Notes: generated by a model not told the origin, from the sequence alone. Positions 31,886 through 41,780 are shown, counted from the stretch's first letter. The stretch is DNA of 64,000 bases from Bacillota bacterium (GCA_012735505.1 JAAYHE010000012.1:13829-77828), one strand, 5' to 3'. Made by a program: numbers and translations.

Positions 31886-33679
31886 ATGAGTTTTTACCGG
31901 GCTCACGTCGTCGTTTGCGGAGGCGCCGGCTGTGTTTCTTCGGGCTGTAAAACGGTAAAACAGGCCTTGATTAACGAGCTAGCTAAAGCAGGGCTAAGCC
32001 AAGAAGTAAAAGTGATCGAAACGGGTTGCATTGGCACTTGCGATCTTGGTCCTATTTTAGTGGTCTATCCCGAGGGCATGTTCTACCAGCAGGTTAAACC
32101 CGAGGATTGTCGCGAGGTTGTGGAAGAACACTTGCTTAAAGGACGCGTAGTAACGCGGCTTCTCTACCAAGACCCGATGACCGAGAAAAGTGTACCCGAA
32201 TACGATAAGATTAGCTTCTTTTCAGGCCAAACCCGCATCGCTTTGCGCAATACAGGCATAATCGATCCCTGCGTAATTGAGGAATACATTGCTCGCGATG
32301 GTTATATGGCTTTGGGTAAGGTGCTAACCGAGATGACTCCGGAAGCGGTTATCAGTGAGGTGGAGAAATCAGGCTTACGAGGACGGGGAGGGGCAGGATT
32401 TAGCACAGGCCTCAAATGGCGCTTGACGGCAAGAGCTCAGTCTAGCGAAAAATACGTTGTTTGTAATGCCGACGAGGGCGACCCAGGAGCGTTTATGGAT
32501 CGTAGTATACTCGAAGGAGACCCCCATTCGATCTTAGAGGCTATGGCAATAGCCGGTTATGCCATTGGGGCATCCCAAGGATATATTTATGTACGGGCCG
32601 AATACCCACTGGCTGTCACCAATTTGAAAATCGCTATCGACCAGGCGAGGCAATTTGGCTTACTAGGCAAGAACATTCTCGGTTCGGGCTTCGATTTTGA
32701 TATTGATATCCGAGTTGGGGCTGGGGCATTTGTCTGTGGCGAGGAGACAGCTTTATTAGCCTCTATCGAGGGCAATCGGGGCGAGCCACGGCCGAAGCCT
32801 CCTTATCCTTCTGACGTCGGTCTGTGGGGTAAGCCGACACTAATCAACAATGTGGAGACCTTCGCCAATATTGCACCTATAATCTTGCATGGGGCCGACT
32901 GGTTCAATAGCATCGGCACCGAGAAGAGTAAGGGAACAAAGGTTTTTGCAGTGGCCGGCAAGATCAACAATACCGGCTTGGTGGAAGTTCCCATGGGAAC
33001 AACTCTGCGAGAAATTATCTACGACATTTGTGGCGGTATACCCGGTGGAAGGCAGTTTAAAGCAGCTCAAACTGGCGGCCCTTCTGGTGGTTGCTTGACA
33101 GCGGAGCATCTTGATGTTCCTATGGAATACGATAGCCTGCTACAGATGGGTAGTATGATGGGCTCGGGCGGATTGATAATCATGGATGAAGATACATGTA
33201 TGGTAGATATAGCACGCTTCTTCCTAGACTTCACACAAGACGAGTCATGCGGCAAATGCACGCCTTGCCGGATTGGTACCAAACGCATGCTAGAAATACT
33301 TAACCGTTTAACCCGTGGTGAAGGTAAAGAGGGCGATATAGAAAGATTGGAAGCCTTAGCAAACAACATCAAACAGTCTTCCCTCTGCGGCTTAGGCCAG
33401 TCGGCTCCCAACCCAGTATTGAGCACGCTGCGCTATTTCCGTTCCGAGTACGAAGCTCACATCAAAGATAAGACTTGCCCGGCTGGGGCCTGTGAGGCGT
33501 TAATTTCTTTCGTGGTGGACAGTGAACGCTGTCGGGGATGTGGCATTTGTGCTCGGGTATGTCCGGTAGATGCAGTATCTGGTCAACCTAAATCACCTTA
33601 TTATATCGATAACGAGAAGTGCATCAAGTGTGGCACTTGCCAGGAAAAATGCCCCTTCGATGCTATTGTTAGATCCTAG
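31886..33679 (+). CDS. hydB: Bifurcating [FeFe]-hydrogenase subunit HydB (NuoF-like; FMN/NAD(H)-binding, Fe-S)
   Basis: N-terminal [2Fe-2S] CGGAGCVSSGC, NuoF core GLRGRGGAGFSTGLKW...ADEGDPGAF, C-terminal two CxxCxxCxxxCP ferredoxin motifs. Confidence 0.92.
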   Translation: MSFYRAHVVVCGGAGCVSSGCKTVKQALINELAKAGLSQEVKVIETGCIGTCDLGPILVVYPEGMFYQQVKPEDCREVVEEHLLKGRVVTRLLYQDPMTEKSVPEYDKISFFSGQTRIALRNTGIIDPCVIEEYIARDGYMALGKVLTEMTPEAVISEVEKSGLRGRGGAGFSTGLKWRLTARAQSSEKYVVCNADEGDPGAFMDRSILEGDPHSILEAMAIAGYAIGASQGYIYVRAEYPLAVTNLKIAIDQARQFGLLGKNILGSGFDFDIDIRVGAGAFVCGEETALLASIEGNRGEPRPKPPYPSDVGLWGKPTLINNVETFANIAPIILHGADWFNSIGTEKSKGTKVFAVAGKINNTGLVEVPMGTTLREIIYDICGGIPGGRQFKAAQTGGPSGGCLTAEHLDVPMEYDSLLQMGSMMGSGGLIIMDEDTCMVDIARFFLDFTQDESCGKCTPCRIGTKRMLEILNRLTRGEGKEGDIERLEALANNIKQSSLCGLGQSAPNPVLSTLRYFRSEYEAHIKDKTCPAGACEALISFVVDSERCRGCGICARVCPVDAVSGQPKSPYYIDNEKCIKCGTCQEKCPFDAIVRS

Positions 33680-33707
33680 AAGCTAATAGAAGAGGGAGGA
33701 TAGAACG

Positions 33708-35468
33708 ATGATCAATTTGACAATTGACGGACAACCCGTAAGTGTGCCTCGGGGAACTACTGTGCTAGAGGCAGCTAAAGCAATCGGTCTCCGTATTCCT
33801 ACCCTATGTTATATGCAAGGGCTCAACGAAATTGGTGCTTGTCGCTTGTGTTTGGTAGAAGTAAAAGGTATGCGTGGTTTGCAGGCCGCATGCGTGTTGG
33901 CGGCAAGCGAAGGTATGGAGGTATATACGAATACTCCAGCTGTGAGAGAAGCGCGGCGCATCAATTTGGAATTGATATTGTCTAATCATCCACAAGATTG
34001 TCTTGTCTGCGAACGCAACCGCCAGTGTGAACTACAGACCTTGGCCGAGGAGTTGGGCATTAGGGAAGTGCGGTTTAGTGGCGAGGTTAGTGCGTATCCA
34101 CTGGACTGCAGCAGTCCATCTATCGTACGCGACCCTAGTAAATGCATCCTGTGTCGCCGGTGTGTTGCTGTTTGTCATCAGGTGCAGAGTGTGGGTGTCT
34201 TGGCGCCTACCGCACGTGGGTTTGATACTATCGTCGCTCCTGAAGCCGAAAGTTCACTAAATGATGTAGCTTGCGTCTTATGCGGGCAATGTATCATGGT
34301 TTGTCCGACTGGCGCTCTCAGGGAGGCCGATAACACGGAAGCAGTTTTTGCTGCTTTGAGTGATCCCTCCAAACACGTGATTGTGCAAACAGCTCCCGCG
34401 ATCCGGGTGGCCCTGGGAGAGGAGTTTGGTTATGAACCAGGGACCATTGTTACCGGTAAGATGGTATCAGCTTTACGGCGTCTAGGTTTTGATGCTGTGT
34501 TTGATACCGACTTCGCCGCTGACCTCACTATCTGGGAGGAGGCAAATGAGCTAGTCGGCAGGCTGCAGGCAGGCGGTACTCTCCCTATGATTACGTCCTG
34601 TAGCCCAGGTTGGATAAAGTTTATTGAACATTACTATCCCGATTTGCTGGATCATCTTTCCACTTGCAAGTCTCCACATCAGATGCTGGGAGCTTTAGCC
34701 AAGAGTTACTACGCAGAAGCAATCGGAGTTAAACCCGAGGATATCGTTGTTGTCTCTATCATGCCTTGCACGGCCAAGAAGTTCGAGCGTACCCGTCCCG
34801 AATTAGTAGGGGAGCATGGTTTGGCTGATGTTGACTTTGTGCTCACTACCCGAGAGTTAGCGCGGATGATTAAGCAAGCGGGCTTAGATTTTGGCCAACT
34901 GCCTGATGACAGTTTTGATAGTCCTTTGGGCCTATCTACTGGTGCGGCAGTCATTTTCGGTGCTACCGGGGGTGTGATGGAGGCCGCATTGCGTACCGCT
35001 TATGAATGGGTGAGTGGTGAGACCCTTGGCGACATCGAATTAACGGCGGTGCGTGGTTTGGAAAACATCAAAGAGGCAGCGGTGGAGCTTCCCGGCACTG
35101 ATATTACTCTACGGGTAGCAGTAGCTCACGGCCTAGCCAACGCAAGGAAACTCCTAGAAGCTATTCGGGCCGGCGAGGCTGACTATCATTTCATTGAGAT
35201 CATGGCTTGTCCGGGCGGTTGTATTACTGGCGGCGGCCAGCCACGACCTCAAGATGTGAATGATATGAATGAGCTAAGGCTGAAGCGTATGCGAGGAATT
35301 TATCAGGCCGACAAGGCTTTGCCTATACGCAAGTCACATGAGAATGAAGCCGTTAAGGAGCTTTATGAAAAGTATCTAGGTGATATAGGCGGAGAAAAAG
35401 CACATCAGTTGCTGCATACCCACTATACGGCTCGTGGTAAGTATCCACGCCAGATTAAGCAAAGCTAA
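33708..35468 (+). CDS. hydA: [FeFe]-hydrogenase catalytic subunit HydA (M3-type); L1 motif reads TSCSPGW
   Basis: N-terminal [2Fe-2S] and two [4Fe-4S] domains. H-cluster motifs L2 MPCTAKKFE and L3 EIMACPGGCITGGGQP are canonical. L1 is ITSCSPGW (34593-34613) instead of TSCCPGW. Confidence 0.9.
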   Translation: MINLTIDGQPVSVPRGTTVLEAAKAIGLRIPTLCYMQGLNEIGACRLCLVEVKGMRGLQAACVLAASEGMEVYTNTPAVREARRINLELILSNHPQDCLVCERNRQCELQTLAEELGIREVRFSGEVSAYPLDCSSPSIVRDPSKCILCRRCVAVCHQVQSVGVLAPTARGFDTIVAPEAESSLNDVACVLCGQCIMVCPTGALREADNTEAVFAALSDPSKHVIVQTAPAIRVALGEEFGYEPGTIVTGKMVSALRRLGFDAVFDTDFAADLTIWEEANELVGRLQAGGTLPMITSCSPGWIKFIEHYYPDLLDHLSTCKSPHQMLGALAKSYYAEAIGVKPEDIVVVSIMPCTAKKFERTRPELVGEHGLADVDFVLTTRELARMIKQAGLDFGQLPDDSFDSPLGLSTGAAVIFGATGGVMEAALRTAYEWVSGETLGDIELTAVRGLENIKEAAVELPGTDITLRVAVAHGLANARKLLEAIRAGEADYHFIEIMACPGGCITGGGQPRPQDVNDMNELRLKRMRGIYQADKALPIRKSHENEAVKELYEKYLGDIGGEKAHQLLHTHYTARGKYPRQIKQS

Positions 35469-35493
35469 TTAAGTGGGTTTCGTCAGAATAGCA

Positions 35494-35527
35494 AAAGCTG
35501 CCCTGAGGGGCAGCTTTTACTGTTTTT
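35494..35527 (+). terminator. Terminator after hydA
   Basis: AAAAGCTGCCC-tgag-GGGCAGCTTTT followed by ACTGTTTTT. Confidence 0.85.
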
Positions 35528-35752
35528 AATAGAGAATGGCTAGTAACAAAATCTTAGCCGCATACCCTTGTCGCTGGCATTGAAAGAAGTTACAATGGTT
35601 TAGGGGACAAACTAAATAAATAAAGATAGTAGAATCATCCGCGTACTTAGCAATTTAAGGCTGTGGAGGCGAGCAACAGGCTCGCCTTTTGTCGTGTGTA
35701 GACATTGTTAAATTCATCACGATTATTGTTACGGTCAGAGAGGTGAAGAAAC

Positions 35753-37072
35753 GTGACTAGGGCAAAGACGTTTGTGGGTGGCACTTACCCTGCTCACAAC
35801 AAGGACAGAACTAAGGCACAACCCATTGCTCTTGCGCCAGTGCCTGAGGTGTTAATTTACCCCTTATGCCAACATATTGGCGCGCCCTGCGAGCCGTTAG
35901 TTGCTGTTGGTGACCGCGTCTTAAGAGGTCAGAAAATAGCAGACTCAACGGCTAAAATTTGCGCTCCTATCCATTCCTCGGTATCCGGCAAGGTGATAGC
36001 AATAGAGCCGCGGCCCCACCCTAACGGTCAGTCAACGATGGCGATTGTGGTGGAAAACGACGGGCTCGATGAAACGGTTGCTCCCTTCGTTGAACCAAAG
36101 GGGTTAGATGAATTAAGCCCAGCAGAAATCGTAGAGATCGTGCGCGAGGCAGGCATTGTAGGCTTAGGTGGCGCAGCTTTCCCGACTCATTTCAAGCTTG
36201 TACCACCACCGCACGCAAAAATTGAAATGGTCATTTTGAACGGTGCTGAATGTGAACCTTATTTGACCTGCGATCATCGTACTATGGTTGAAAAGCCAGA
36301 GCTGGTAGTGCAGGGCCTGCGCATACTGATGAAGGCTCTAGGGGTCAATCAGGGCTATATTGGTGTAGAGGTCAACAAACCGGACGCAATTGCGGCCTTA
36401 TCATCAGCTTGCGCTGCCTACAGCGGCATACAAGTTGTTCCTCTACAAGTTAAATATCCTCAAGGTTCGGAAGCCCAGCTGATTAAGGCGGTTACGGGAC
36501 GCGAATTGCCAGCGAAAAAGCTGCCGGCTGATGTCGGAGTTATCGTTAACAATGTGGGCACAGCCGCCGCCGTAGCTGAAGCTGTGCAGACAGGCTTACC
36601 CTTAATGGAGCGGGTTGTTACCATCAGTGGTTCGATGGTGGAGCGGCCGCAAAATTTACTAGTACGAATAGGAACTACTTTTGGCGATTTGCTTACAGAG
36701 TGTGGGCTCAAAGGACAGCCAGGAAAAATCATTAACGGTGGCCCTATGATGGGCATGACGGTAGGAACAATTGATGTTCCGGTTACTAAGGGTGTAACGG
36801 GTATTTTAGCCCTATCGGAAGCGGAATCTTGCCAGTTAGAAGTAGGGCCATGTATCCGCTGTGGTCGTTGTGTAGACGTCTGTCCTATGTTTTTGCTACC
36901 GGTTTTCCTAGGGCAATTTGCAGAGCGCGGTATGTTGGACAAAGCCGAAGAGTATCACATTCTTGATTGTCAGGAGTGCGGTTGCTGTTCCTATGTTTGC
37001 CCTGCTCGCCGTCCTTTGGTACAGAATATCCGTTTGGCTAAGAGTGGCGTATTGGCCAAACGGCATCAGTAA
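35753..37072 (+). CDS. rnfC: Rnf complex subunit C
   Basis: NuoF-like FMN/NADH fold plus CIRCGRCVDVCP...CQECGCCSYVCP. GTG start after GAGGTG SD. Confidence 0.9.
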   Translation: MTRAKTFVGGTYPAHNKDRTKAQPIALAPVPEVLIYPLCQHIGAPCEPLVAVGDRVLRGQKIADSTAKICAPIHSSVSGKVIAIEPRPHPNGQSTMAIVVENDGLDETVAPFVEPKGLDELSPAEIVEIVREAGIVGLGGAAFPTHFKLVPPPHAKIEMVILNGAECEPYLTCDHRTMVEKPELVVQGLRILMKALGVNQGYIGVEVNKPDAIAALSSACAAYSGIQVVPLQVKYPQGSEAQLIKAVTGRELPAKKLPADVGVIVNNVGTAAAVAEAVQTGLPLMERVVTISGSMVERPQNLLVRIGTTFGDLLTECGLKGQPGKIINGGPMMGMTVGTIDVPVTKGVTGILALSEAESCQLEVGPCIRCGRCVDVCPMFLLPVFLGQFAERGMLDKAEEYHILDCQECGCCSYVCPARRPLVQNIRLAKSGVLAKRHQ

Positions 37073-37086
37073 TAGGGGGGAGAGAG

Positions 37087-38025
37087 ATGGATTCAAGCAA
37101 ACTATTAATGAGCTCGTCTCCACACCAGTTTCATCGAGATAATACCAGCAGAATCATGCTGGAGGTGCTGATGGCATTAGCGCCAGCCGCTGTTTTAGCT
37201 GTCTTCTTCTTCGGCGTCAGAGCTTTATGGATAATGCTAGTATCCATTGCTGCAGCGGTGGGAACAGAGGCCCTCATTCAGAAATTGACCGGTCGCCCCA
37301 TTACTATTAGCGACTGTAGTGCCGCTATTACTGGCTTGCTCTTAGCCTTTAGTGTACCTGCTAGCCTGCCTCTTTGGATGGTTGCTATCGGAGCTGCCAT
37401 AGCAATAGCGATTGGTAAGGCTGTGTTTGGTGGCCTAGGCCATAACCCCTTTAACCCGGCTTTAGTGGGACGAGCCGTCTTACTCGCTTCCTGGCCGGCT
37501 CAGATGACTGCTTGGGTGGAGCCATTTACATTCTTAACTACAGCCACGCCCTTGGCTGCCCTAGGGCTGGAAAGTGCTCAGACAAGCTATGGTGCGCTTT
37601 TTCTTGGAGCGGTTCCGGGCAGTCTGGGTGAAACATCGGCTTTGGCGATAATTGCAGGCGGACTTTACCTGCTCTGGCGAAAGATTATTGATTGGCGTAT
37701 ACCTGCTGGCTATATCGGTACAGTAGCTATTTTTACCTGGATTTTTGGTGGTGAAGGGTTATGTGGCGGAGATCCCTTGTTTCATGTCTTATCGGGAGCG
37801 GTACTCCTCGCAGCCTTCTTTATGGCCACTGATATGGTAACCTCGCCGGTGACCAAATTGGGTCGCCTCATCATGGGGATTGGCTGTGGCCTGATAACTA
37901 GCGTCATCCGCTTGTGGGGTGCTTACCCCGAGGGAGTCACCTATGCAGTCCTAATCATGAATGCTCTGACACCGCTCATCGACCGTTATACCCAGCCACG
38001 CAGATTTGGGGGTGTAACTAGATGA
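37087..38025 (+). CDS. rnfD: Rnf complex subunit D
   Basis: Polytopic membrane protein with NqrB/RnfD motifs (FMN-attachment ...GAVLLAAFFMATDMVTSP). Confidence 0.9.
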   Translation: MDSSKLLMSSSPHQFHRDNTSRIMLEVLMALAPAAVLAVFFFGVRALWIMLVSIAAAVGTEALIQKLTGRPITISDCSAAITGLLLAFSVPASLPLWMVAIGAAIAIAIGKAVFGGLGHNPFNPALVGRAVLLASWPAQMTAWVEPFTFLTTATPLAALGLESAQTSYGALFLGAVPGSLGETSALAIIAGGLYLLWRKIIDWRIPAGYIGTVAIFTWIFGGEGLCGGDPLFHVLSGAVLLAAFFMATDMVTSPVTKLGRLIMGIGCGLITSVIRLWGAYPEGVTYAVLIMNALTPLIDRYTQPRRFGGVTR

Positions 38026-38603
38026 AGAATGATATTGTGCGTTTAGGTCTGAATCTAATGGCATTTACCGTAATTGCAGGGGCTCTGCTGGCGGTTGCTG
38101 ATTCAATTACGGCACCAATTATTGCGGCCCAGCAGCAAGAGGCTGAACTCGCTGCCCTGCTGGAAGCTCTGCCAGTGGCGAGCACTTTCGTAGATGGAGC
38201 GGAATATTTGGAGGGTATTGAAGAAGGATATCCTGCCGTCGAGAGCATTTACGTTGGCCTAGATGAGCAGGGAGAGCAGGTAGGATTGCTGGCTAAGCTA
38301 TCTTTTAAAGGTTACGGTGGGCCCATTGAACTAATGGCAGGAATCAATCAGAATGGTAAGATTGCAGGCCTCAAAGTATTATCGCACCAAGAAACTCCCG
38401 GCCTGGGTGAGAATATAACTAGTGAAAGCTTCGTTAGCCAGTTTGTGGACAAAAGCACGGCTGCTCCTCTGCGCACCGTCAAAAGCACAGCCACCGACGA
38501 ACATGACATTGTTGCTATAACTGCAGCCACTATTTCTTCTGAGGCTGTAGTCGACGGCCTTAACCAGTTTATGCAGCTATTTAATGCTGTCTGGGGCAAG
38601 TAG
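38022..38603 (+). CDS. rnfG: Rnf complex subunit G
   Basis: N-terminal TM followed by an FMN-binding domain (…ITAATISSEAV covalent-FMN Thr/Ser motif). Confidence 0.88.
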   Translation: MKNDIVRLGLNLMAFTVIAGALLAVADSITAPIIAAQQQEAELAALLEALPVASTFVDGAEYLEGIEEGYPAVESIYVGLDEQGEQVGLLAKLSFKGYGGPIELMAGINQNGKIAGLKVLSHQETPGLGENITSESFVSQFVDKSTAAPLRTVKSTATDEHDIVAITAATISSEAVVDGLNQFMQLFNAVWGK

Positions 38604-38606
38604 GGG

Positions 38607-39212
38607 GTGGAAACTATGAGTTTTATGAAGGAATTCCGTCGAGGCTTGGTGAAAGAGAATCCTACTTTTAGTCTTTTACTTGGCATGTGCCCTACCCTAG
38701 CAGTCACAACTGCTGCGGCTAATGGCCTCGGTATGGGATTAGCTACTACCGCGGTGCTAACTGCGTCAAACCTACTGATTTCTCTCATCCGCAATGTGGT
38801 TCCGAACAAAATTCGAATTCCTGTTTATGTAGTAGTGATTGCTTCCTTTGTGACTGTAGTTGATTTGGTGATGCAAGCCTTCTTACCAGGACTGCATGCA
38901 GTATTAGGATTATTTATCCCTCTGATTGTTGTCAACTGTATTATCTTACAGCGAGCCGAGGCTTTTGCTTCCCAGCACGGACCATTAGACTCCATCGCTG
39001 ATGGCTTAGGCATGGGGCTAGGCTTTACCGGGGCCTTAACTATTCTCGGTAGCATACGTGAGATCATAGGCGCTGGCACTATTTTTGGCAAAGCCATTTT
39101 CGGAGCTTCTTATCAGCCTATGCTAATCATGATTTTAGCCCCAGGTGCATTTCTAACCTTAGGGCTATTGATTGCTCTCCTCAACTATCTGCGCATGCGG
39201 CGTTCAGCTTAA
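38607..39212 (+). CDS. rnfE: Rnf complex subunit E
   Basis: NqrD/RnfE-type 6-TM protein (NPTFSLLLGMCPTLAVTT). Confidence 0.88.
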   Translation: METMSFMKEFRRGLVKENPTFSLLLGMCPTLAVTTAAANGLGMGLATTAVLTASNLLISLIRNVVPNKIRIPVYVVVIASFVTVVDLVMQAFLPGLHAVLGLFIPLIVVNCIILQRAEAFASQHGPLDSIADGLGMGLGFTGALTILGSIREIIGAGTIFGKAIFGASYQPMLIMILAPGAFLTLGLLIALLNYLRMRRSA

Positions 39213-39224
39213 GGAGGGGCTAAA

Positions 39225-39803
39225 ATGGGATCTAAGCTAATCGTTATTTTTATCGGCGCTATACTGATTAATAACTTTGTCTTATCGCGTTTCTTAGGTA
39301 TTTGCCCTTTCTTGGGTGTTTCTAAACAGGTAGAAACGGCTACTGGCATGGGAATGGCTGTTACCTTCGTTATGACAGTTTCGTCAGCTGTCACTTGGGT
39401 AGTGCAGAAGCTAATCCTAGAGAAGTTTGGTCTAGAGTATTTGCAGACTATCGTTTTTATCCTCGTCATAGCCAGCCTAGTCCAGTTAGTGGAAATGGTC
39501 ATTCTCAAATCTAGTCCCACGCTTTACCAGGCCTTGGGGGTGTACTTGCCTCTGATTACCACCAACTGTGCTGTGCTGGGTGTAACCATTCTCAATATTG
39601 ATTCCGGGTATAACCTATTAGAATCTATGGTGCATGGGTTTGCGGCTGCACTTGGTTTTACATTGGCTATCGTTATTTTTGCGGGGGTTCGCGAACGGCT
39701 TGCCTTTTCCGATATTCCGAAGCCGTTTCAAGGCTTCCCCATTGCATTGATCACAGCAAGTCTGCTCTCCATAGCTTTCCTTGGTTTCCAGGGTTTGCTA
39801 TAG
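39225..39803 (+). CDS. rnfA: Rnf complex subunit A
   Basis: NqrE/RnfA-type 6-TM protein ([18 protein letters not shown]). Confidence 0.88.
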   Translation: MGSKLIVIFIGAILINNFVLSRFLGICPFLGVSKQVETATGMGMAVTFVMTVSSAVTWVVQKLILEKFGLEYLQTIVFILVIASLVQLVEMVILKSSPTLYQALGVYLPLITTNCAVLGVTILNIDSGYNLLESMVHGFAAALGFTLAIVIFAGVRERLAFSDIPKPFQGFPIALITASLLSIAFLGFQGLL

Positions 39804-39818
39804 GTAGGAGGTGAGCTA

Positions 39819-40802
39819 ATGGGTATTTTTACTACTATAGCCAGCGCTGTTGCCGTCTTAGGAGGCTTTGGCCTAATATTCGGAGCTGGTTTGGCTTTTG
39901 CTGCTAAGAAATTTGTAGTGGAGGTAGACCCGAAAGCAGAAGAAATTTTGACTGCTTTACCTGGCGCTAACTGTGGCGCATGTGGTTTCCCCGGCTGTAG
40001 TGGCTACGCGGATGCAATTCTGCAGGGGGCTGCTATTGATCGTTGCCCCGTGGGTGGTGCTAGCTTAGTCGAGAAATTGGCAGAGATTATGGGCGTTGAA
40101 GCCAGTGCTTCCGGCGCGAGACCAGTAGCCACTGTCTATTGCCGCGGCGGTGAAGCTGAATGTGGCAAGCGGTGGCGTTATGAAGGTGTGGAAACGTGTG
40201 AAGCTGCCCAAACTATCGGCGGCGGCGATAAGCAGTGTACCTATGGTTGCCTGGGCTACGGCGATTGTTTTCGCGCCTGTCCTTTCGATGCCATTAACAT
40301 GAATGATAATGGTTTGCCAGTTATCGATGAAGAAAAATGCACTGGTTGCGAAAAATGCGTTGTAGCCTGCCCCCGTGGCGTAATCGGCATGCGACCTAAT
40401 ACTGCCCTTGTACAGGTTAGGTGTCTTTCGGAAGATAGGGGTGCTGCAGTGCGTAAAATCTGTACCACCGGCTGTATTGGCTGCGGTTTATGTGCCAAGG
40501 CTTGTCCGTTTGATGCCATAACCGTTGAAAACAATCTAGCTAGCATAGATTATAGTAAGTGCCGGAATTGTGGTTTGTGCGTAGCGAAATGCCCGACCAA
40601 GGCTATCGTCGGCCAGCTAGAAGGAAGGCCGAAAGCGTGCATTGGCGAAGACTGCATAGGCTGCACTATCTGTAAGAAGGCCTGCCCGGTGGATGCTATT
40701 AGTGGGGAGCTAAAGTCACCCCATCGGGTGGATCCTGCTAAGTGTGTTAGCTGCGGGCTTTGCGTTGAAAAGTGCCCCAAGAATACTATTACTATGCAAT
40801 AA
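39819..40802 (+). CDS. rnfB: Rnf complex subunit B (polyferredoxin)
   Basis: N-terminal TM, a CxxCxxxxC...C cluster, then four or more CxxCxxCxxxCP [4Fe-4S] motifs. Confidence 0.9.
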   Translation: MGIFTTIASAVAVLGGFGLIFGAGLAFAAKKFVVEVDPKAEEILTALPGANCGACGFPGCSGYADAILQGAAIDRCPVGGASLVEKLAEIMGVEASASGARPVATVYCRGGEAECGKRWRYEGVETCEAAQTIGGGDKQCTYGCLGYGDCFRACPFDAINMNDNGLPVIDEEKCTGCEKCVVACPRGVIGMRPNTALVQVRCLSEDRGAAVRKICTTGCIGCGLCAKACPFDAITVENNLASIDYSKCRNCGLCVAKCPTKAIVGQLEGRPKACIGEDCIGCTICKKACPVDAISGELKSPHRVDPAKCVSCGLCVEKCPKNTITMQ

Positions 40803-40826
40803 TCTTTGATCTCTCTGATTTGTCAA

Positions 40827-40863
40827 GGAGCCCATGCTGGAAGAGCGGGGCTCCCTTTTATTT
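40827..40863 (+). terminator. Terminator after rnfB
   Basis: GGAGCCC-(14 nt)-GGGCTCC followed by CTTTTATTT. Confidence 0.6.
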
Positions 40864-40923
40864 GATAATTGATTCTTGTCGTCTCGGAATTTCTCCCATG
40901 CTCCTACTATGCTAGAATAGGAG

Positions 40924-41211
40924 ATGGTAGCAATCATGCTTGCTAAGGAGATGCTTATCGTGCGTAAGAATAAAAGTGGTTGGCTTCTAGTCTTTTTTCT
41001 CGTTTTAGGCTCCTTCCTTGGCAGCTTGTTAGGACAAGCCCTAGGTAAGGTAGCACCGTGGCTTAACTTGTCTAGTCAAACCTATGGTATTAATCCGCCG
41101 CTGGTTCTAAGCCTAGACATGTTCACCCTAACTCTTGGCTTTTCTTTTAGGCTCACGGTGGCAGGCGTCTTGGGTTTGCTCATCGCCCTGCTCTTGTTTA
41201 GATCCCTATGA
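40924..41211 (+). CDS. DUF4321 small membrane protein
   Basis: 95 aa, three hydrophobic segments. Conserved position upstream of maf–radC–mreB in Firmicutes. Confidence 0.55.
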   Translation: MVAIMLAKEMLIVRKNKSGWLLVFFLVLGSFLGSLLGQALGKVAPWLNLSSQTYGINPPLVLSLDMFTLTLGFSFRLTVAGVLGLLIALLLFRSL

Positions 41212-41780
41212 AGAACACGATCATTTTAGCCTCAAATTCACCCCGCCGACGTGATTTGCTCCAACAGATAGGATGGAACTTTATCGTCTGCCCTAGCAAA
41301 TTTGAGGAATCGAGTACTGCTAGCGATCCTCAGGCTCTTGTCTTACAAAATGCTTTAGGTAAGGCTAGAGATGTGGCTGCTCATATTGAACAAGGCATCG
41401 TTCTCGGCGCCGATACAATAGTTGTGCATAACGGAGCTGTGCTGAGTAAACCAGCTAACAAAGATGAGGCCAGATCTATGCTACAGCAGCTGGCTGGCGA
41501 CTGGCATGAAGTTTATACTGGCGTTGCATTGGTAGATAGCCTCACTGGGCGGGAAGTGAGTGATGTCGTTTGTACGCGCGTGCATATGCGACAGCTAGGC
41601 GCGCAGGAGCTAGAGGATTATCTGAATACGGATGAGCCATATGATAAAGCCGGCGGTTACGGTATTCAAGGCAAGGCAGCCGTATTTGTCGATCGCATTG
41701 ACGGTTGTTACTTTAACGTTGTAGGTCTACCGCTTAGCAGATTGGCAAAATTGGTGCAGCAGTGCGCTGCCTGGAGCTAG
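41208..41780 (+). CDS. maf: Maf nucleoside-triphosphate pyrophosphatase (septum-formation protein)
   Basis: ILASNSPRRRDLLQQIG...GADTIV...GYGIQG. Confidence 0.9.
   Translation: MKNTIILASNSPRRRDLLQQIGWNFIVCPSKFEESSTASDPQALVLQNALGKARDVAAHIEQGIVLGADTIVVHNGAVLSKPANKDEARSMLQQLAGDWHEVYTGVALVDSLTGREVSDVVCTRVHMRQLGAQELEDYLNTDEPYDKAGGYGIQGKAAVFVDRIDGCYFNVVGLPLSRLAKLVQQCAAWS

Noticed and set aside
36460-36942. 160-aa minus-strand ORF inside rnfC. Similar antisense ORFs occur inside minD (47794-48258), amidohydrolase/DppA (3499-3840, 4720-5094), hydB (33067-33426), rnfG (38348-38809) and others.
   Set aside because: They are antisense to strongly supported conserved genes, Ser/Pro/Ala-rich, and lack SD sequences. 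They are typical GC-rich shadow ORFs.
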